Positions 41,042 through 50,451 of a DNA stretch of 64,000 nucleotides are shown in pieces (the first letter of the stretch is position 1; the number at the start of each line of letters is the position of its first letter). Under the pieces are notes generated by a model. It was not told where the DNA came from. It did no database searches and saw nothing but the letters and a program-made list of their open reading frames with translations. The translations under genes and the position numbers were made by a program. Origin of the DNA: a virus (Duplodnaviria; Caudoviricetes); the IMG/VR virus record IMGVR_UViG_3300030330_006573, positions 64,001 through 128,000 of that record; one strand, written 5' to 3'.

Positions 41042-42059
41042 AGTTATAATCACAACTGGTGTTTCTGGTCAAGATGGCAGCCTAATGGTTGACTATCTAC
41101 TTAAGCATACTGATTATAAAATTTATGGAGGAGTAAGAAGGCTTAGTGTTACAAATTATACTAATATTGAACACATCAACAATGACAGGTTTGAGCTTAT
41201 AAATATTGATTTATCTGATTCGCATAGTATCGAACAAGCCATCCTAAAACACAAACCAGATTATTTTATTAATTTTGCTGCACAAAGTTTTGTCGGCTCT
41301 AGTTGGGACTTTCCTAAACAAACCTTTGAAGTTAATGCTACTGCAGTTTTAGATATACTTGAATCTATCAGGACACATCAACCTAAATGCAGATTTTATA
41401 ATGCTGGCTCTTCTGAAGAGTTTGGTGATGTTATTTATTCACCCCAAGACGAAAGCCACCCCCTTAGACCTAGAAGTCCTTATGGGGCGTCAAAAGCATC
41501 AGCTAGACATCTAGTAAAGGTATATAGAGAGTCTTATGGACTTTATGCTGTTCAAGGTTGGCTTTTCAATCATGAAGGCACAAGGAGGGGTTATGAATTT
41601 GTTACCAGAAAAATAACATCAACAATCGCAAAAATCAAAAAATCAATAGAGAACGGAACTGAGATAGTTCCGCTAGAAGTTGGGAATATGAATGCAGAGA
41701 GAGACTGGAGTGACGCCGAAGACTTTACTGAAGGTGTTTGGCTTATGCTCAACCAAGAAGAGCCACAAGAATATGTTCTATCAAGCGGAGAAGTAAATAC
41801 AGTTAGAAATTTCATAATTACATGTTTTCAATGTGCAGGAATAACAGCTTGGTTTTCTGGCGAAGGAGTTGAAGAAAAATTTACCGACGATAACGATAAT
41901 ATTTTAGTAAAAGTTAATCCTGAATATTACAGACCAGCAGAAGTAAATCTATTGAAGGGAGACCCTACATTAGCTATTGGAGAATTAGGCTGGAAACCTA
42001 AGTCTTCTTTCAGAGATTTAGTTGAAAAAATGTATAATCACGATTATAATTTACTATGA
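41034..42059 (+). CDS. gmd: GDP-mannose 4,6-dehydratase
   Basis: GVSGQDG; AAQSFV; PRSPYGASK; LFNHEG; FVTRKIT; RPAEV. Confidence 0.93.
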   Translation: MSKVIITTGVSGQDGSLMVDYLLKHTDYKIYGGVRRLSVTNYTNIEHINNDRFELINIDLSDSHSIEQAILKHKPDYFINFAAQSFVGSSWDFPKQTFEVNATAVLDILESIRTHQPKCRFYNAGSSEEFGDVIYSPQDESHPLRPRSPYGASKASARHLVKVYRESYGLYAVQGWLFNHEGTRRGYEFVTRKITSTIAKIKKSIENGTEIVPLEVGNMNAERDWSDAEDFTEGVWLMLNQEEPQEYVLSSGEVNTVRNFIITCFQCAGITAWFSGEGVEEKFTDDNDNILVKVNPEYYRPAEVNLLKGDPTLAIGELGWKPKSSFRDLVEKMYNHDYNLL

Positions 42060-42988
42060 AGATATTAGTAACTGGAGGCGCTGGTTATGTCGGCTCAGTT
42101 TTAGTTCCAAAACTCTTAGAAGAGGGGTATAAAGTATGTGTGGTTGATAACCTAATGTATGATAATGGACATACAGTTATTCCATTTTTCAAAAATCCTA
42201 AATTTAAATTTATAAAAGGTGATGCCAGGGACGAATCTTTAATGAAAGATTTAGTTCATAATTTTGAGTTTGTAATTCATCTTGCTGCAATTGTCGGATT
42301 TCCTGCTTGTAGAAAAAATCCAGACTTAGCAACTACAGTCAATGTAGACTCATCTAAATTAATTTCCTCTTTACTTTCTAATGACCAAGGAACCGTATAT
42401 GCATCTACTGGCTCTAACTATGGAATCATAGAGAACGAAGTTTGCACAGAAGAGACTCCGCTGAATCCGATCAGCTTATACGGCAAAACAAAGACTGAAG
42501 CTGAAAACATTTTTCTTAATGAAAATGGTGCTGTAGCTTATCGTTTTGCAACAGCTTTTGGGCTTTCTCCTAGAATGAGACTTGATCTTTTAATTAATGA
42601 CTTTGTTTATCAAGCAATCAATAATAAAACCCTTGTTATGTTTGAAAAAACATTTAAGAGGACATTTATTCATGTTGATGATATGGCTAGAAGCATTGTA
42701 TATGCAATTCAAAATTATGACTCAATGAAAAACAATACTTTTAATGTAGGTGGTGATTTTAACAATTATAATAAAGAAGAAATCGCATTGATGATTAAAA
42801 GAAAGGTCGAATACTATCTTCATTTCGCTGAATTTGGAGAAGATGAAGATAAAAGAAACTACGAAGTTTCTTATCAAAAAATTAATGATGCTGGATTTTT
42901 TATTGAAAAAACAGTAGAAAAGGGCATAGATGAATTAATCCAAGCTTGTCCAGCTTTAGATAGTAGAAGTCAATATAAAAATGTATAA
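42056..42988 (+). CDS. NAD-dependent nucleotide-sugar epimerase/dehydratase
   Basis: VTGGAGYVGS; HLAAIVGFPAC; YGKTK; SPRMRLDL. Confidence 0.9.
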   Translation: MKILVTGGAGYVGSVLVPKLLEEGYKVCVVDNLMYDNGHTVIPFFKNPKFKFIKGDARDESLMKDLVHNFEFVIHLAAIVGFPACRKNPDLATTVNVDSSKLISSLLSNDQGTVYASTGSNYGIIENEVCTEETPLNPISLYGKTKTEAENIFLNENGAVAYRFATAFGLSPRMRLDLLINDFVYQAINNKTLVMFEKTFKRTFIHVDDMARSIVYAIQNYDSMKNNTFNVGGDFNNYNKEEIALMIKRKVEYYLHFAEFGEDEDKRNYEVSYQKINDAGFFIEKTVEKGIDELIQACPALDSRSQYKNV

Positions 42989-43922
42989 AAAGGTATTAGT
43001 CACTGGAGGCTCAGGATTTCTTGGCCGAAGAATTGTAGAAGAGTGTCAAAAACTTGGATATGAGGTTTTATCTCCAAGATCTTCTGATATGGACCTCTAT
43101 GACGAAGAAAATTTAAAAAAATTTATTAAATATAATTCGCCTGAAGTTATTATTCACTCTGCGGCTTATTATGGAGGCATAGGCATTTGTAATTCAGAGC
43201 CAGCAAACTTGTTTCATAATAATGCCTTAATGACGATTAATTTATATAAAGCCGCCTCAGAGTGCGGAGTCAATAAGGTTGTTGCCGTTGGTTCTGCATG
43301 CTCATACCCTGCATTAGTTGACGGCAATATGTCTGAAGATGATTTTTGGAATGGAGCTTTTCATGATACAGTAGAAGCTTATGGTTCATCAAAAAAGATT
43401 CAAATTATCGCACAAAACGCATACTACAAGCAACATGGCTTAAAAGGAAATCACCTGATTTTAACCAACCTGTACGGAGAGCATGATGTTTTTACTGAAT
43501 ATAGATCTCATGTCGTAGCAGCCTTAATTAAAAGATTTTCAGATGAAGTAGAAAAAGGTTCTGATAAAATTGTAAATTGGGGCGATGGAAGCCCAGAGAG
43601 AGAGTTCATATATGTTGGTGACGCAGCTAAAGCCTTAGCTATGTCTGTAGACCTAGAGCATGACCTCAAGCCAATTAACATAGGAACTGGAGTTGGAACT
43701 TCGATTAAAGAGTTGGCAGAAATTGTAGCTGATAATTTAAACTTTAAAGGCTCATTAGAATGGGATACTTCTAAACCAAATGGTGTTGCGAGAAAAGTTC
43801 TAGATGTATCCAGAATGAAAAAGATCTTTCCGCATTTTTCACCAATGCCGTTCGATCAAGGACTTAGGAAAACCTTAGACTGGTATCTTAAAAATAAAGT
43901 ATCAGCCGACTCAAGAAAATAA
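42981..43922 (+). CDS. fcl: GDP-L-fucose synthase-like epimerase/reductase
   Basis: GGIG; GSACSYP; YGSSK; NLYGEHD; SHVVAALI; WGDGSPEREF; WDTSKPNG. Confidence 0.88.
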   Translation: MYKKVLVTGGSGFLGRRIVEECQKLGYEVLSPRSSDMDLYDEENLKKFIKYNSPEVIIHSAAYYGGIGICNSEPANLFHNNALMTINLYKAASECGVNKVVAVGSACSYPALVDGNMSEDDFWNGAFHDTVEAYGSSKKIQIIAQNAYYKQHGLKGNHLILTNLYGEHDVFTEYRSHVVAALIKRFSDEVEKGSDKIVNWGDGSPEREFIYVGDAAKALAMSVDLEHDLKPINIGTGVGTSIKELAEIVADNLNFKGSLEWDTSKPNGVARKVLDVSRMKKIFPHFSPMPFDQGLRKTLDWYLKNKVSADSRK

Positions 43923-43932
43923 CAGAAAAAGC

Positions 43933-44016
43933 TTGCTTTTACACATTTTTTTTGGTATTTTCAAAAAAGTTCAATAATCGAACTTAATTATAAAAATTAC
44001 CCAAAATACCGTGTAA
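43933..44016 (+). promoter_or_regulatory. nrdA promoter region: sigma70-like TTGCTT-17-TATTTT plus GTGTAA motif
   Basis: -35 at 43933-38, -10 at 43956-61; GTGTAA at 44011-16, 17 nt before ATG 44034. Confidence 0.45.
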
Positions 44017-44033
44017 ACAAATTTGTGCAAGAT

Positions 44034-46499
44034 ATGGAAATTAATGTAAAAAAGAGGAACGGCAGATTAGTAAAATTTGATGTAGGTAAGATAAATGCGA
44101 GCGCACAGAGAGCGTGCGAAGGAGTAGAGGACGTATCTGCCAGTGAAATAGTGCTAGATGCACAACTCCAACTTTTTGATAAAATAACCACAAGAGAAAT
44201 TGACCAAGCTCTAATTCTATCTGCCAGAGAGAAGATAGAGAAAGAGCCTAACTATTCAAAGGCTGCAGCGCAATTATTGCTCAATACTCTTTACAAAGAA
44301 GTTTTCAAAGAGGGTGTTGATTCTGACACATTTAAACTTCAGTACAGAAAAAGTTTTATTCAAAACATAAAAAAGCTAGTAAAGGAAGATAGGCTAGATA
44401 AAAAATTACTTGATTTTGATCTTCCAAAATTATCTGAAGCATTGAAGATAAGAAGAGATAAGAAGTTTAAATATTTAGGCATACAAATTTTAACTGATAG
44501 ATATTTTATTAGACTCGATGAAAAATGCATGGAGGCTCCACAGAGCTTTTGGATGAGAGTCGCCATGGGTTTAGCAATAAATGAAGAAGACAAAAACAGC
44601 AAAGCTATCGAATTTTATAATTTGATAAGCAAAATGCTTTATACTCCTTCTACCCCAACCCTTTTTAATAGTGGAACAACTCACTCACAACTTAGTTCTT
44701 GTTATCTTAATACTTTCGATGATAGCATTGACGGTATTTTTGACGGCGCTTGGCAAGAAGCTCGCAAATCAAAGTATGCTGGTGGCCTTGGGCTTGATGT
44801 TACCCCTTTTCGTTCTACAGGTTCTCATATTCAAGGAACTAATGGCATATCTAGCGGCCTCGTTCCTTGGCTTAAAATATACAACGATCTTCTTGTTGCA
44901 GTAAATCAAGGAGGCAAGAGGCCAGGAGCTGGATGTGCTTATCTTGAACCTTGGCATTTAGACTTTGAGGATTTCTTAAATTTAAGGAGAAACACTGGAG
45001 ATGATAGACTTCGCTGTCACGATATGAACACAGCTTCTTGGATTCCTGACGAATTTATGCGTCGGGTTGAAAACGAAGGAGACTGGTACTTTTTTGATCC
45101 TAGAGACATGACATATGAAGATGGTAAAACTCTTCATGATTACTTTGGTAAAGACTTTGATGATCGCTATGAAGATGCATGTCGTGCTGCAGAAATGGGT
45201 GATATTAAAAATTTCAGAAAGATTCCAGCAAAAGATCTTTGGAAAAAAATGCTTAAGGTGCTATTTGAAACATCTCATCCATGGAATACATTTAAAGATC
45301 CATGCAATATTAGATATACAAACCAACACGAAGGAGCAGTTCGTAGCTCTAATCTTTGTACCGAAATAACCTTACATACAAAATCTTCTAAATATAAAAA
45401 AGGTGAAAAGACAGAAATTGGAGAGACTGCAGTATGTAACTTAGGTTCAATTAATCTATTAAACCATATTGATGAAGGTGAGCTTGATTATAATCTTTTA
45501 AAATCTACCATTCACACTGCGATTAGAATGCTAGATAATGTTATTGACATTAATTTTTATCCCACAAGAGAGGCTGAAAACTCTAACCTAAAACATCGCC
45601 CAATTGGCCTTGGAATGATGGCAATTCATGACATTCTTCACAAACTTGATATACAAATAGATAGTAAAGAGGCTGTTGAATTTAATAATAAATTATTTGA
45701 ATTTTATTCAATGCATGCTATTTATGCAAGCTCTATACTTGCAGCAGAAAGAGGCTCTTACGAAACATATGAAGGTTCTCTTTGGAGCAAAGGAGTTTTT
45801 CCAATCGATTCCTATAACAACTTAATGGTTTATAGAGGGGTTCAAAAAGTTCCTAAACAGTCTGCTACAGGCAAACCATTAACAGGCAAAGGGCAAACTC
45901 TTGACGAATGGAAAGAAGTAAGAATGCACGTTCAAGAACATGGAATGAGAAACTCAAATACAATGGCGATAGCTCCAACAGCCACAATTGGCTATATAAA
46001 TGGGGTAGAGCAAAGTATAGAGCCTAATTTCTCAGTTCTTTTTGTTTATGAAAATAAAAGCGGTAACTTTTATATAACAAATCCTCATTTTGTTAACGAC
46101 ATGAAAGAAAGAGGTCTTTGGAATGCAGAGGTATCCTCTTTCATAAAAAGTATTGATGGAGATTTATCCCTAGCAAATGGAAATATCCCAGAAGACTTAA
46201 AGGAAAAATATAAGACTGCATTTGACAGAGATATGTTTGCTTTAATTGAATCTACTGCAGTTCGCCAAAAATGGATAGATCAAGCTATCAGTTTTAATCT
46301 TTACAATAAAACAACATCTTTAAAATATTTAAATGATATATATATGGCATCTTGGAAGGCTGGCTTAAAAACTACTTACTATCTAAGAAATAGAGCTGCA
46401 AGCAAAGTTGAGAAATCAACCTCAGAAACTAAAAGCGAGCCGTCAGCTTGCAGCATAGAAGCCATGAAAAATGGAGAAGTTTGCGACTCTTGCCAATGA
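44034..46499 (+). CDS. nrdA: Ribonucleotide reductase class I alpha subunit with ATP cone
   Basis: VKKRNG ATP cone; TPTLFNSG; LSSCY; SSNLCTEI; VCNLGS; IAPTAT; TTYYLR; C-terminal CxxC. Confidence 0.97.
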   Translation: MEINVKKRNGRLVKFDVGKINASAQRACEGVEDVSASEIVLDAQLQLFDKITTREIDQALILSAREKIEKEPNYSKAAAQLLLNTLYKEVFKEGVDSDTFKLQYRKSFIQNIKKLVKEDRLDKKLLDFDLPKLSEALKIRRDKKFKYLGIQILTDRYFIRLDEKCMEAPQSFWMRVAMGLAINEEDKNSKAIEFYNLISKMLYTPSTPTLFNSGTTHSQLSSCYLNTFDDSIDGIFDGAWQEARKSKYAGGLGLDVTPFRSTGSHIQGTNGISSGLVPWLKIYNDLLVAVNQGGKRPGAGCAYLEPWHLDFEDFLNLRRNTGDDRLRCHDMNTASWIPDEFMRRVENEGDWYFFDPRDMTYEDGKTLHDYFGKDFDDRYEDACRAAEMGDIKNFRKIPAKDLWKKMLKVLFETSHPWNTFKDPCNIRYTNQHEGAVRSSNLCTEITLHTKSSKYKKGEKTEIGETAVCNLGSINLLNHIDEGELDYNLLKSTIHTAIRMLDNVIDINFYPTREAENSNLKHRPIGLGMMAIHDILHKLDIQIDSKEAVEFNNKLFEFYSMHAIYASSILAAERGSYETYEGSLWSKGVFPIDSYNNLMVYRGVQKVPKQSATGKPLTGKGQTLDEWKEVRMHVQEHGMRNSNTMAIAPTATIGYINGVEQSIEPNFSVLFVYENKSGNFYITNPHFVNDMKERGLWNAEVSSFIKSIDGDLSLANGNIPEDLKEKYKTAFDRDMFALIESTAVRQKWIDQAISFNLYNKTTSLKYLNDIYMASWKAGLKTTYYLRNRAASKVEKSTSETKSEPSACSIEAMKNGEVCDSCQ

Positions 46500-47107
46500 A
46501 GGTATTAAGCATAGGCACTAAAGGTATTTCTTTTGTAGAGTCTTCTCTCAAAAAGCTCAAAAGCTCTAATATTTCTTTTGAAACTTTAAATGTAGAATCT
46601 GACTTTGATAAATTTTTTGAGAAATGTCTTTTTGACAAAGATTTTTATAAATCTATCAAATCATCTGATATTGTAGTTGTAGATGCTATGATCTTAAAGG
46701 ATTTGATTTCTCAAGAAGATAATTTTAATTTTTATAGAAGAATTCAGAAGTTCTTTTATTTTATATATAGCATTAACAGAGCGACATCTTGCTTCTTGTC
46801 TTTTTATTTTTTTGACAAACAGTATAGAATCAAGAATCTCCCGACAACTAAATACGAAAACAATTTTTTTGATATTTTAGCTCCAGATAGTTTTTATAAA
46901 GCTTCTGAATTAAATGACCCAGAAATATTAATAGACTTAAAGCATGCATTTTTTAATCTCAATAAAAAAGTAAGTCAGAAAAAAACAAAAATCACATCAA
47001 TCGTTAAAAAAAGCAATGAAGATGTAAGCGAACAAGATACTGACGATAAGATTTCTCGCATACAAAAAATACTTGAAAAAAAATCAAAAAATATTATTAT
47101 AAAATAA
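46496..47107 (+). CDS. Hypothetical protein
   Basis: ATGA-coupled start at 46496. Confidence 0.6.
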   Translation: MKVLSIGTKGISFVESSLKKLKSSNISFETLNVESDFDKFFEKCLFDKDFYKSIKSSDIVVVDAMILKDLISQEDNFNFYRRIQKFFYFIYSINRATSCFLSFYFFDKQYRIKNLPTTKYENNFFDILAPDSFYKASELNDPEILIDLKHAFFNLNKKVSQKKTKITSIVKKSNEDVSEQDTDDKISRIQKILEKKSKNIIIK

Positions 47108-47125
47108 ACATTAACTTAAAATATT

Positions 47126-47317
47126 ATGATAAAATTCTACAATGTAAGAAAAAGAAATCATGTCGAAATCGAAGAGTCTTCCGTAAAAAAAGAGAAATAC
47201 GAGAAGACGACCAAGACTGGAAAGCTGTCTATTCGATATGCATTAAAAGCAGTAGACGATGATGGAACTGGGCTTACTAAATTTTGCAGTAAAGCTGATT
47301 ACGATGCCCTTCCCTAA
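47126..47317 (+). CDS. Small basic beta-hairpin protein, possibly nucleic-acid binding
   Basis: 63 aa, K/R-rich, KFYNVRKR...TTKTG...YALKA; TAATG-coupled to the next gene. Confidence 0.6.
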   Translation: MIKFYNVRKRNHVEIEESSVKKEKYEKTTKTGKLSIRYALKAVDDDGTGLTKFCSKADYDALP

Positions 47318-47751
47318 TGGGGCCAATACTTAATACTATATTGGGGGCAGGGATCAAGTTAGCCGCCAATTTAATAAACGCTTGGCTAGAGCAAAAGCGC
47401 CAAGATCAGATGTTCTTGGCTGCTAGAGACGAGGCTATGATGAAGGCTATGTTTGAAAATCAAATGCAGCAAGCAAAAGATCCTTTTGTCCAAGTTACTA
47501 GAAGAATATTATTTATGAGTATCACATTCACAATGTGTTACTTAATGATTTATTATGCGATGAACCCAGACATCCAATACCAGATAATAACCCCTAAAGG
47601 TGAGGGGCATAGATGGGGCTTGTTGTCTTGGGTTATTGGTGGAAAAGACTGGGAAGTAGTTACGCTTACAGGCGGCTTGCTTTTAAGCTCTTTTATGGAT
47701 TTATGTTTTATGGTTGTAGGCTTCTATGCCATACCAAGTAAAAGAAGATAG
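47317..47751 (+). CDS. Putative holin-like membrane protein
   Basis: Amphipathic N-terminus, charged linker, two hydrophobic segments, basic tail SKRR. Confidence 0.55.
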   Translation: MGPILNTILGAGIKLAANLINAWLEQKRQDQMFLAARDEAMMKAMFENQMQQAKDPFVQVTRRILFMSITFTMCYLMIYYAMNPDIQYQIITPKGEGHRWGLLSWVIGGKDWEVVTLTGGLLLSSFMDLCFMVVGFYAIPSKRR

Positions 47752-47756
47752 TTAGC

Positions 47757-48317
47757 TTGGAAATAGCCTTATGCATTCTTTGCACTCTTTTCTTGAGTGT
47801 TTCTGTATTTTTATATTTTACCCTAAAAAGGCAGAAAAGCAGTTTTCAAAAACAATTTTCAAGTATTTCATCTGATTTCACCAATAGAGAAAACAATTTA
47901 CTTTCTAATATATCTACCTTGCAAGAATCTTTTAAGTCTCAAAATGAATCTATATTGGAAAGAAAGAAAGAGCTTGATGAAAAAGAAGGTATATATTTAG
48001 ACAAAATTAAAAGTTTAGAGGAAAATTTATTTGAAGAAACAGAAACTAGAAAAAAAATAACATCTCAGAAAAAAAGTAGTGAGGTTAGACTTGGTTTGGT
48101 AGCAGAGACCCTAGCTCCATTTCTTGATCAATTTAATTTCGAGCCAGAAGAATGCAGTTTTCTAGGCAAACCTATAGATTATATATCTTTTGGAGAAGAG
48201 GAAGTTACATTTATAGAAATAAAAAGTGGCAATGCAAAACTAAACAAAAACCAAAAAAGGATTAAAAAACAAATTGAGGACAAGAAAGTATCTTGGAAAG
48301 AGGTGCGAATAAAATAA
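47757..48317 (+). CDS. Membrane-anchored Holliday junction resolvase-like endonuclease (Endonuc_Holl type)
   Basis: N-terminal TM, coiled coil, ETLAPF, FLGKPIDYISF, FIEIKSG, Q..IK. Confidence 0.82.
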   Translation: MEIALCILCTLFLSVSVFLYFTLKRQKSSFQKQFSSISSDFTNRENNLLSNISTLQESFKSQNESILERKKELDEKEGIYLDKIKSLEENLFEETETRKKITSQKKSSEVRLGLVAETLAPFLDQFNFEPEECSFLGKPIDYISFGEEEVTFIEIKSGNAKLNKNQKRIKKQIEDKKVSWKEVRIK

Positions 48318-48326
48318 AATTATGAC

Positions 48327-48355
48327 TTGATATGATCCCATCTTTTTGTTATGAT
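48327..48355 (+). promoter_or_regulatory. sigma70-type promoter of nrdB (TTGATA-17-TATGAT, extended -10 TG)
   Basis: -35 at 48327-32, -10 at 48350-55. Confidence 0.6.
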
Positions 48356-48373
48356 CGTTATATAGATTAAATT

Positions 48374-49387
48374 ATGGAAACAAAAACAGGAAAACTTTTA
48401 ACTAAAAATATAGCTGGAGTAAATAGGATTTTACCCCACAAGCATAAATATGCTTGGGATTTATTCCTAAAAAGCTGCGCCAATAATTGGATGCCTACTG
48501 AAATTGGCATGCAAGCTGATATCAAGCAGTGGAAGAATAATGAAATTACAGACGATGAAAAATTACTTGTTAAACGCTGCCTCGGATTTTTTGCTGGAAG
48601 TGAGTCTTTGGTTGGTAATAATCTTCTTTTATCTGCCTTTCGTTATATCACAGATGCTGAGTGCCGTCAGTACATCTTGCGTCAAGCTTTTGAAGAAAGT
48701 CTTCATAACCTTACAGTAGTATATATATGTGATAGCTTAGATCTTGATATTGAAGAAGTTTTTGCCGCTTATGAAACAATTCCAAGCATAAAAGCTAAAG
48801 ATGACTTTTTAATGTCAATCACAAATGATATTAGTAGGCAGGATTTTAATCCTTATTCAAAAGAAGGTAAACAAGAAATTTTGAGGAACTTTTTAACATA
48901 CTGGATTGTTTGTGAAGGGACATTCTTTTTTAGTGGCTTTGCAATGCTTTTAGCTCTAGGCAGACAAAATAAACTTCAAGGAGTTTCTGATCAAATTAAA
49001 TATACGCTTAGAGACGAAACCTCTCATATAGCTTTCGGAACTTACTTAATTAACACCCTGATTGAGCAAAACCCTTCTATTTGGACTAAAAAAATACAAG
49101 AAGAGTTTGTAGAGCACATCAAAAAAGCTGTTGAGCTTGAAATTGCATATGCTCATGATGTTCTCCCTACTGGCATTCTTGGCTTAAATGCTGAGATGTT
49201 TGTGGATTATATGCATTATATAGGAAATAGAAGGCTTGAAGCTATAGGTTTAGATTATCGTTTTCCTAGCGATAAAAATCCATTTCCATGGCTTGGCGAA
49301 GTTGTTGATGTCCAAGCTATGGGTAATTTCTTTGAGAGAAGAGTTAGAGAGTACCAACAAAGCGGATCTCTAGAAGACGACTTTTAA
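48374..49387 (+). CDS. nrdB: Ribonucleotide reductase beta subunit, class Ic-type (no radical Tyr)
   Basis: NNWMP; GFFAGSESLV; RQAFEESLHNLTV; CEGTFFFSGF; RDETSH; NFFERRVREY. Confidence 0.95.
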   Translation: METKTGKLLTKNIAGVNRILPHKHKYAWDLFLKSCANNWMPTEIGMQADIKQWKNNEITDDEKLLVKRCLGFFAGSESLVGNNLLLSAFRYITDAECRQYILRQAFEESLHNLTVVYICDSLDLDIEEVFAAYETIPSIKAKDDFLMSITNDISRQDFNPYSKEGKQEILRNFLTYWIVCEGTFFFSGFAMLLALGRQNKLQGVSDQIKYTLRDETSHIAFGTYLINTLIEQNPSIWTKKIQEEFVEHIKKAVELEIAYAHDVLPTGILGLNAEMFVDYMHYIGNRRLEAIGLDYRFPSDKNPFPWLGEVVDVQAMGNFFERRVREYQQSGSLEDDF

Positions 49388-49608
49388 AGGGATTCGTAGT
49401 AAGCAACGTGCCCACTACTAGTGCACGTAAATCCATTACATCTAATTGGCGATACAAGTGCAATTGGTAGAGTTGTAACGGCTCCTCCTGAATCTATATT
49501 TAGATCCGTTTCGGCAAGTATTGCGGTTATATAGATAGCTCTCCCACTAGTTGCAGCCACACTTGTGCCAGCATTTATTTTAGATGAGATTGTTTTTGGT
49601 GTTGCCAC
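49384..49608 (-). CDS. Small hypothetical beta-rich protein (possibly structural)
   Basis: 74 aa, GTG start preceded by GTGTA motif on the minus strand (49618-22). Confidence 0.55.
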   Translation of the reverse strand: MATPKTISSKINAGTSVAATSGRAIYITAILAETDLNIDSGGAVTTLPIALVSPIRCNGFTCTSSGHVAYYESL

Positions 49609-49617
49609 ATATATAAA

Positions 49618-49669
49618 TACACAATTTTTGTAAAAAAAATTTTTTATTTTTATTATAATTATAGTGTAA
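49618..49669. promoter_or_regulatory. Divergent GTGTA(A) motifs
   Basis: TACAC at 49618-22 (-) and GTGTAA at 49664-69 (+); AGGAG Shine-Dalgarno before ATG 49709. Confidence 0.55.
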
Positions 49670-49708
49670 CCTATTTTAGGAGTTACATTTCAATTATAGG
49701 AGTTTTAT

Positions 49709-50098
49709 ATGGCAAACGTAGAAGTATCAAAAAATATTGGTCCACACCAAGAGAAATCTTTGGACTCAATCACAGAAACGACAGAAAGTTCTGTTTTTTA
49801 TAGTGATCACTATACTATTCATTCTTATCAAGTTATTTTAAACGGAACACCAGACCCTACTACAAATCTTACATTTGAAATTCTTTGCACGAATGATGAT
49901 GGAAATAAAGATGGAGAATTTCCTGCAGATTCTGATAATTATCAAGCAGTTGCTTCGTACAATATAACCGATTCCGTAAATAGTGCAGGAATTATGTACA
50001 GTGATGTATGGAACTTTAAGTATGCGAAATGTAAAATTACAGTTAATAATCTTGGTAGTGTTACCAATGTTTCTGTGATAGAAAAACATAACGCTTAA
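49709..50098 (+). CDS. Small beta-sandwich protein, paralogue 1 (putative decoration protein)
   Basis: Shares SKNIGPH, HSYQVI, WNFxxAKC, VIEKHNA with 50101..50451. Confidence 0.7.
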   Translation: MANVEVSKNIGPHQEKSLDSITETTESSVFYSDHYTIHSYQVILNGTPDPTTNLTFEILCTNDDGNKDGEFPADSDNYQAVASYNITDSVNSAGIMYSDVWNFKYAKCKITVNNLGSVTNVSVIEKHNA

Positions 50099-50100
50099 AA

Positions 50101-50451
50101 GTGTCCAAATTAGAGACATCAAAGAATATTGGGCCTCACCCATTCTACTCCATAAATGGAGCGACTACCCCTACCCATAGTCGCACTCAAGATGTCGGAA
50201 ATTTCACAAAGCATAGTTATCAAGTTATATGCGATAATGTCGGAGCATCTGCAGAGATATCTTTTTATATTTTTGGCAAAAATGAGCTTACTTCAAAATG
50301 GCAAAAAGTTGCTGGTTATTTAATAACCAGTGCTCGTAATAATAATGGAATCCTATATTTTGATTGTTGGAATTTTAATTTTGCAAAATGTTGTGCTATA
50401 GGCACTTTTGGCGGAGCTACAATTACTGTTATAGAAAAGCATAATGCCTAG
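50101..50451 (+). CDS. Small beta-sandwich protein, paralogue 2
   Basis: Same motifs as the preceding ORF; overlaps the start of the next gene. Confidence 0.7.
   Translation: MSKLETSKNIGPHPFYSINGATTPTHSRTQDVGNFTKHSYQVICDNVGASAEISFYIFGKNELTSKWQKVAGYLITSARNNNGILYFDCWNFNFAKCCAIGTFGGATITVIEKHNA

Noticed and set aside
27861-43922. Bacterial chromosomal O-antigen locus (prophage boundary or chimera)
   Set aside because: Flanked on both sides by phage-type genes of similar composition, lacks transport and polymerase genes, and further GTs are interleaved with phage replication genes
43927-43944. AAAAGC-TT-GCTTTT hairpin as a terminator, and minus-strand GTGTAA at 43939-44 as an antisense promoter
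   Set aside because: Stem is weak and overlaps a likely -35 box; no minus-strand gene follows, and the hexamer occurs by chance
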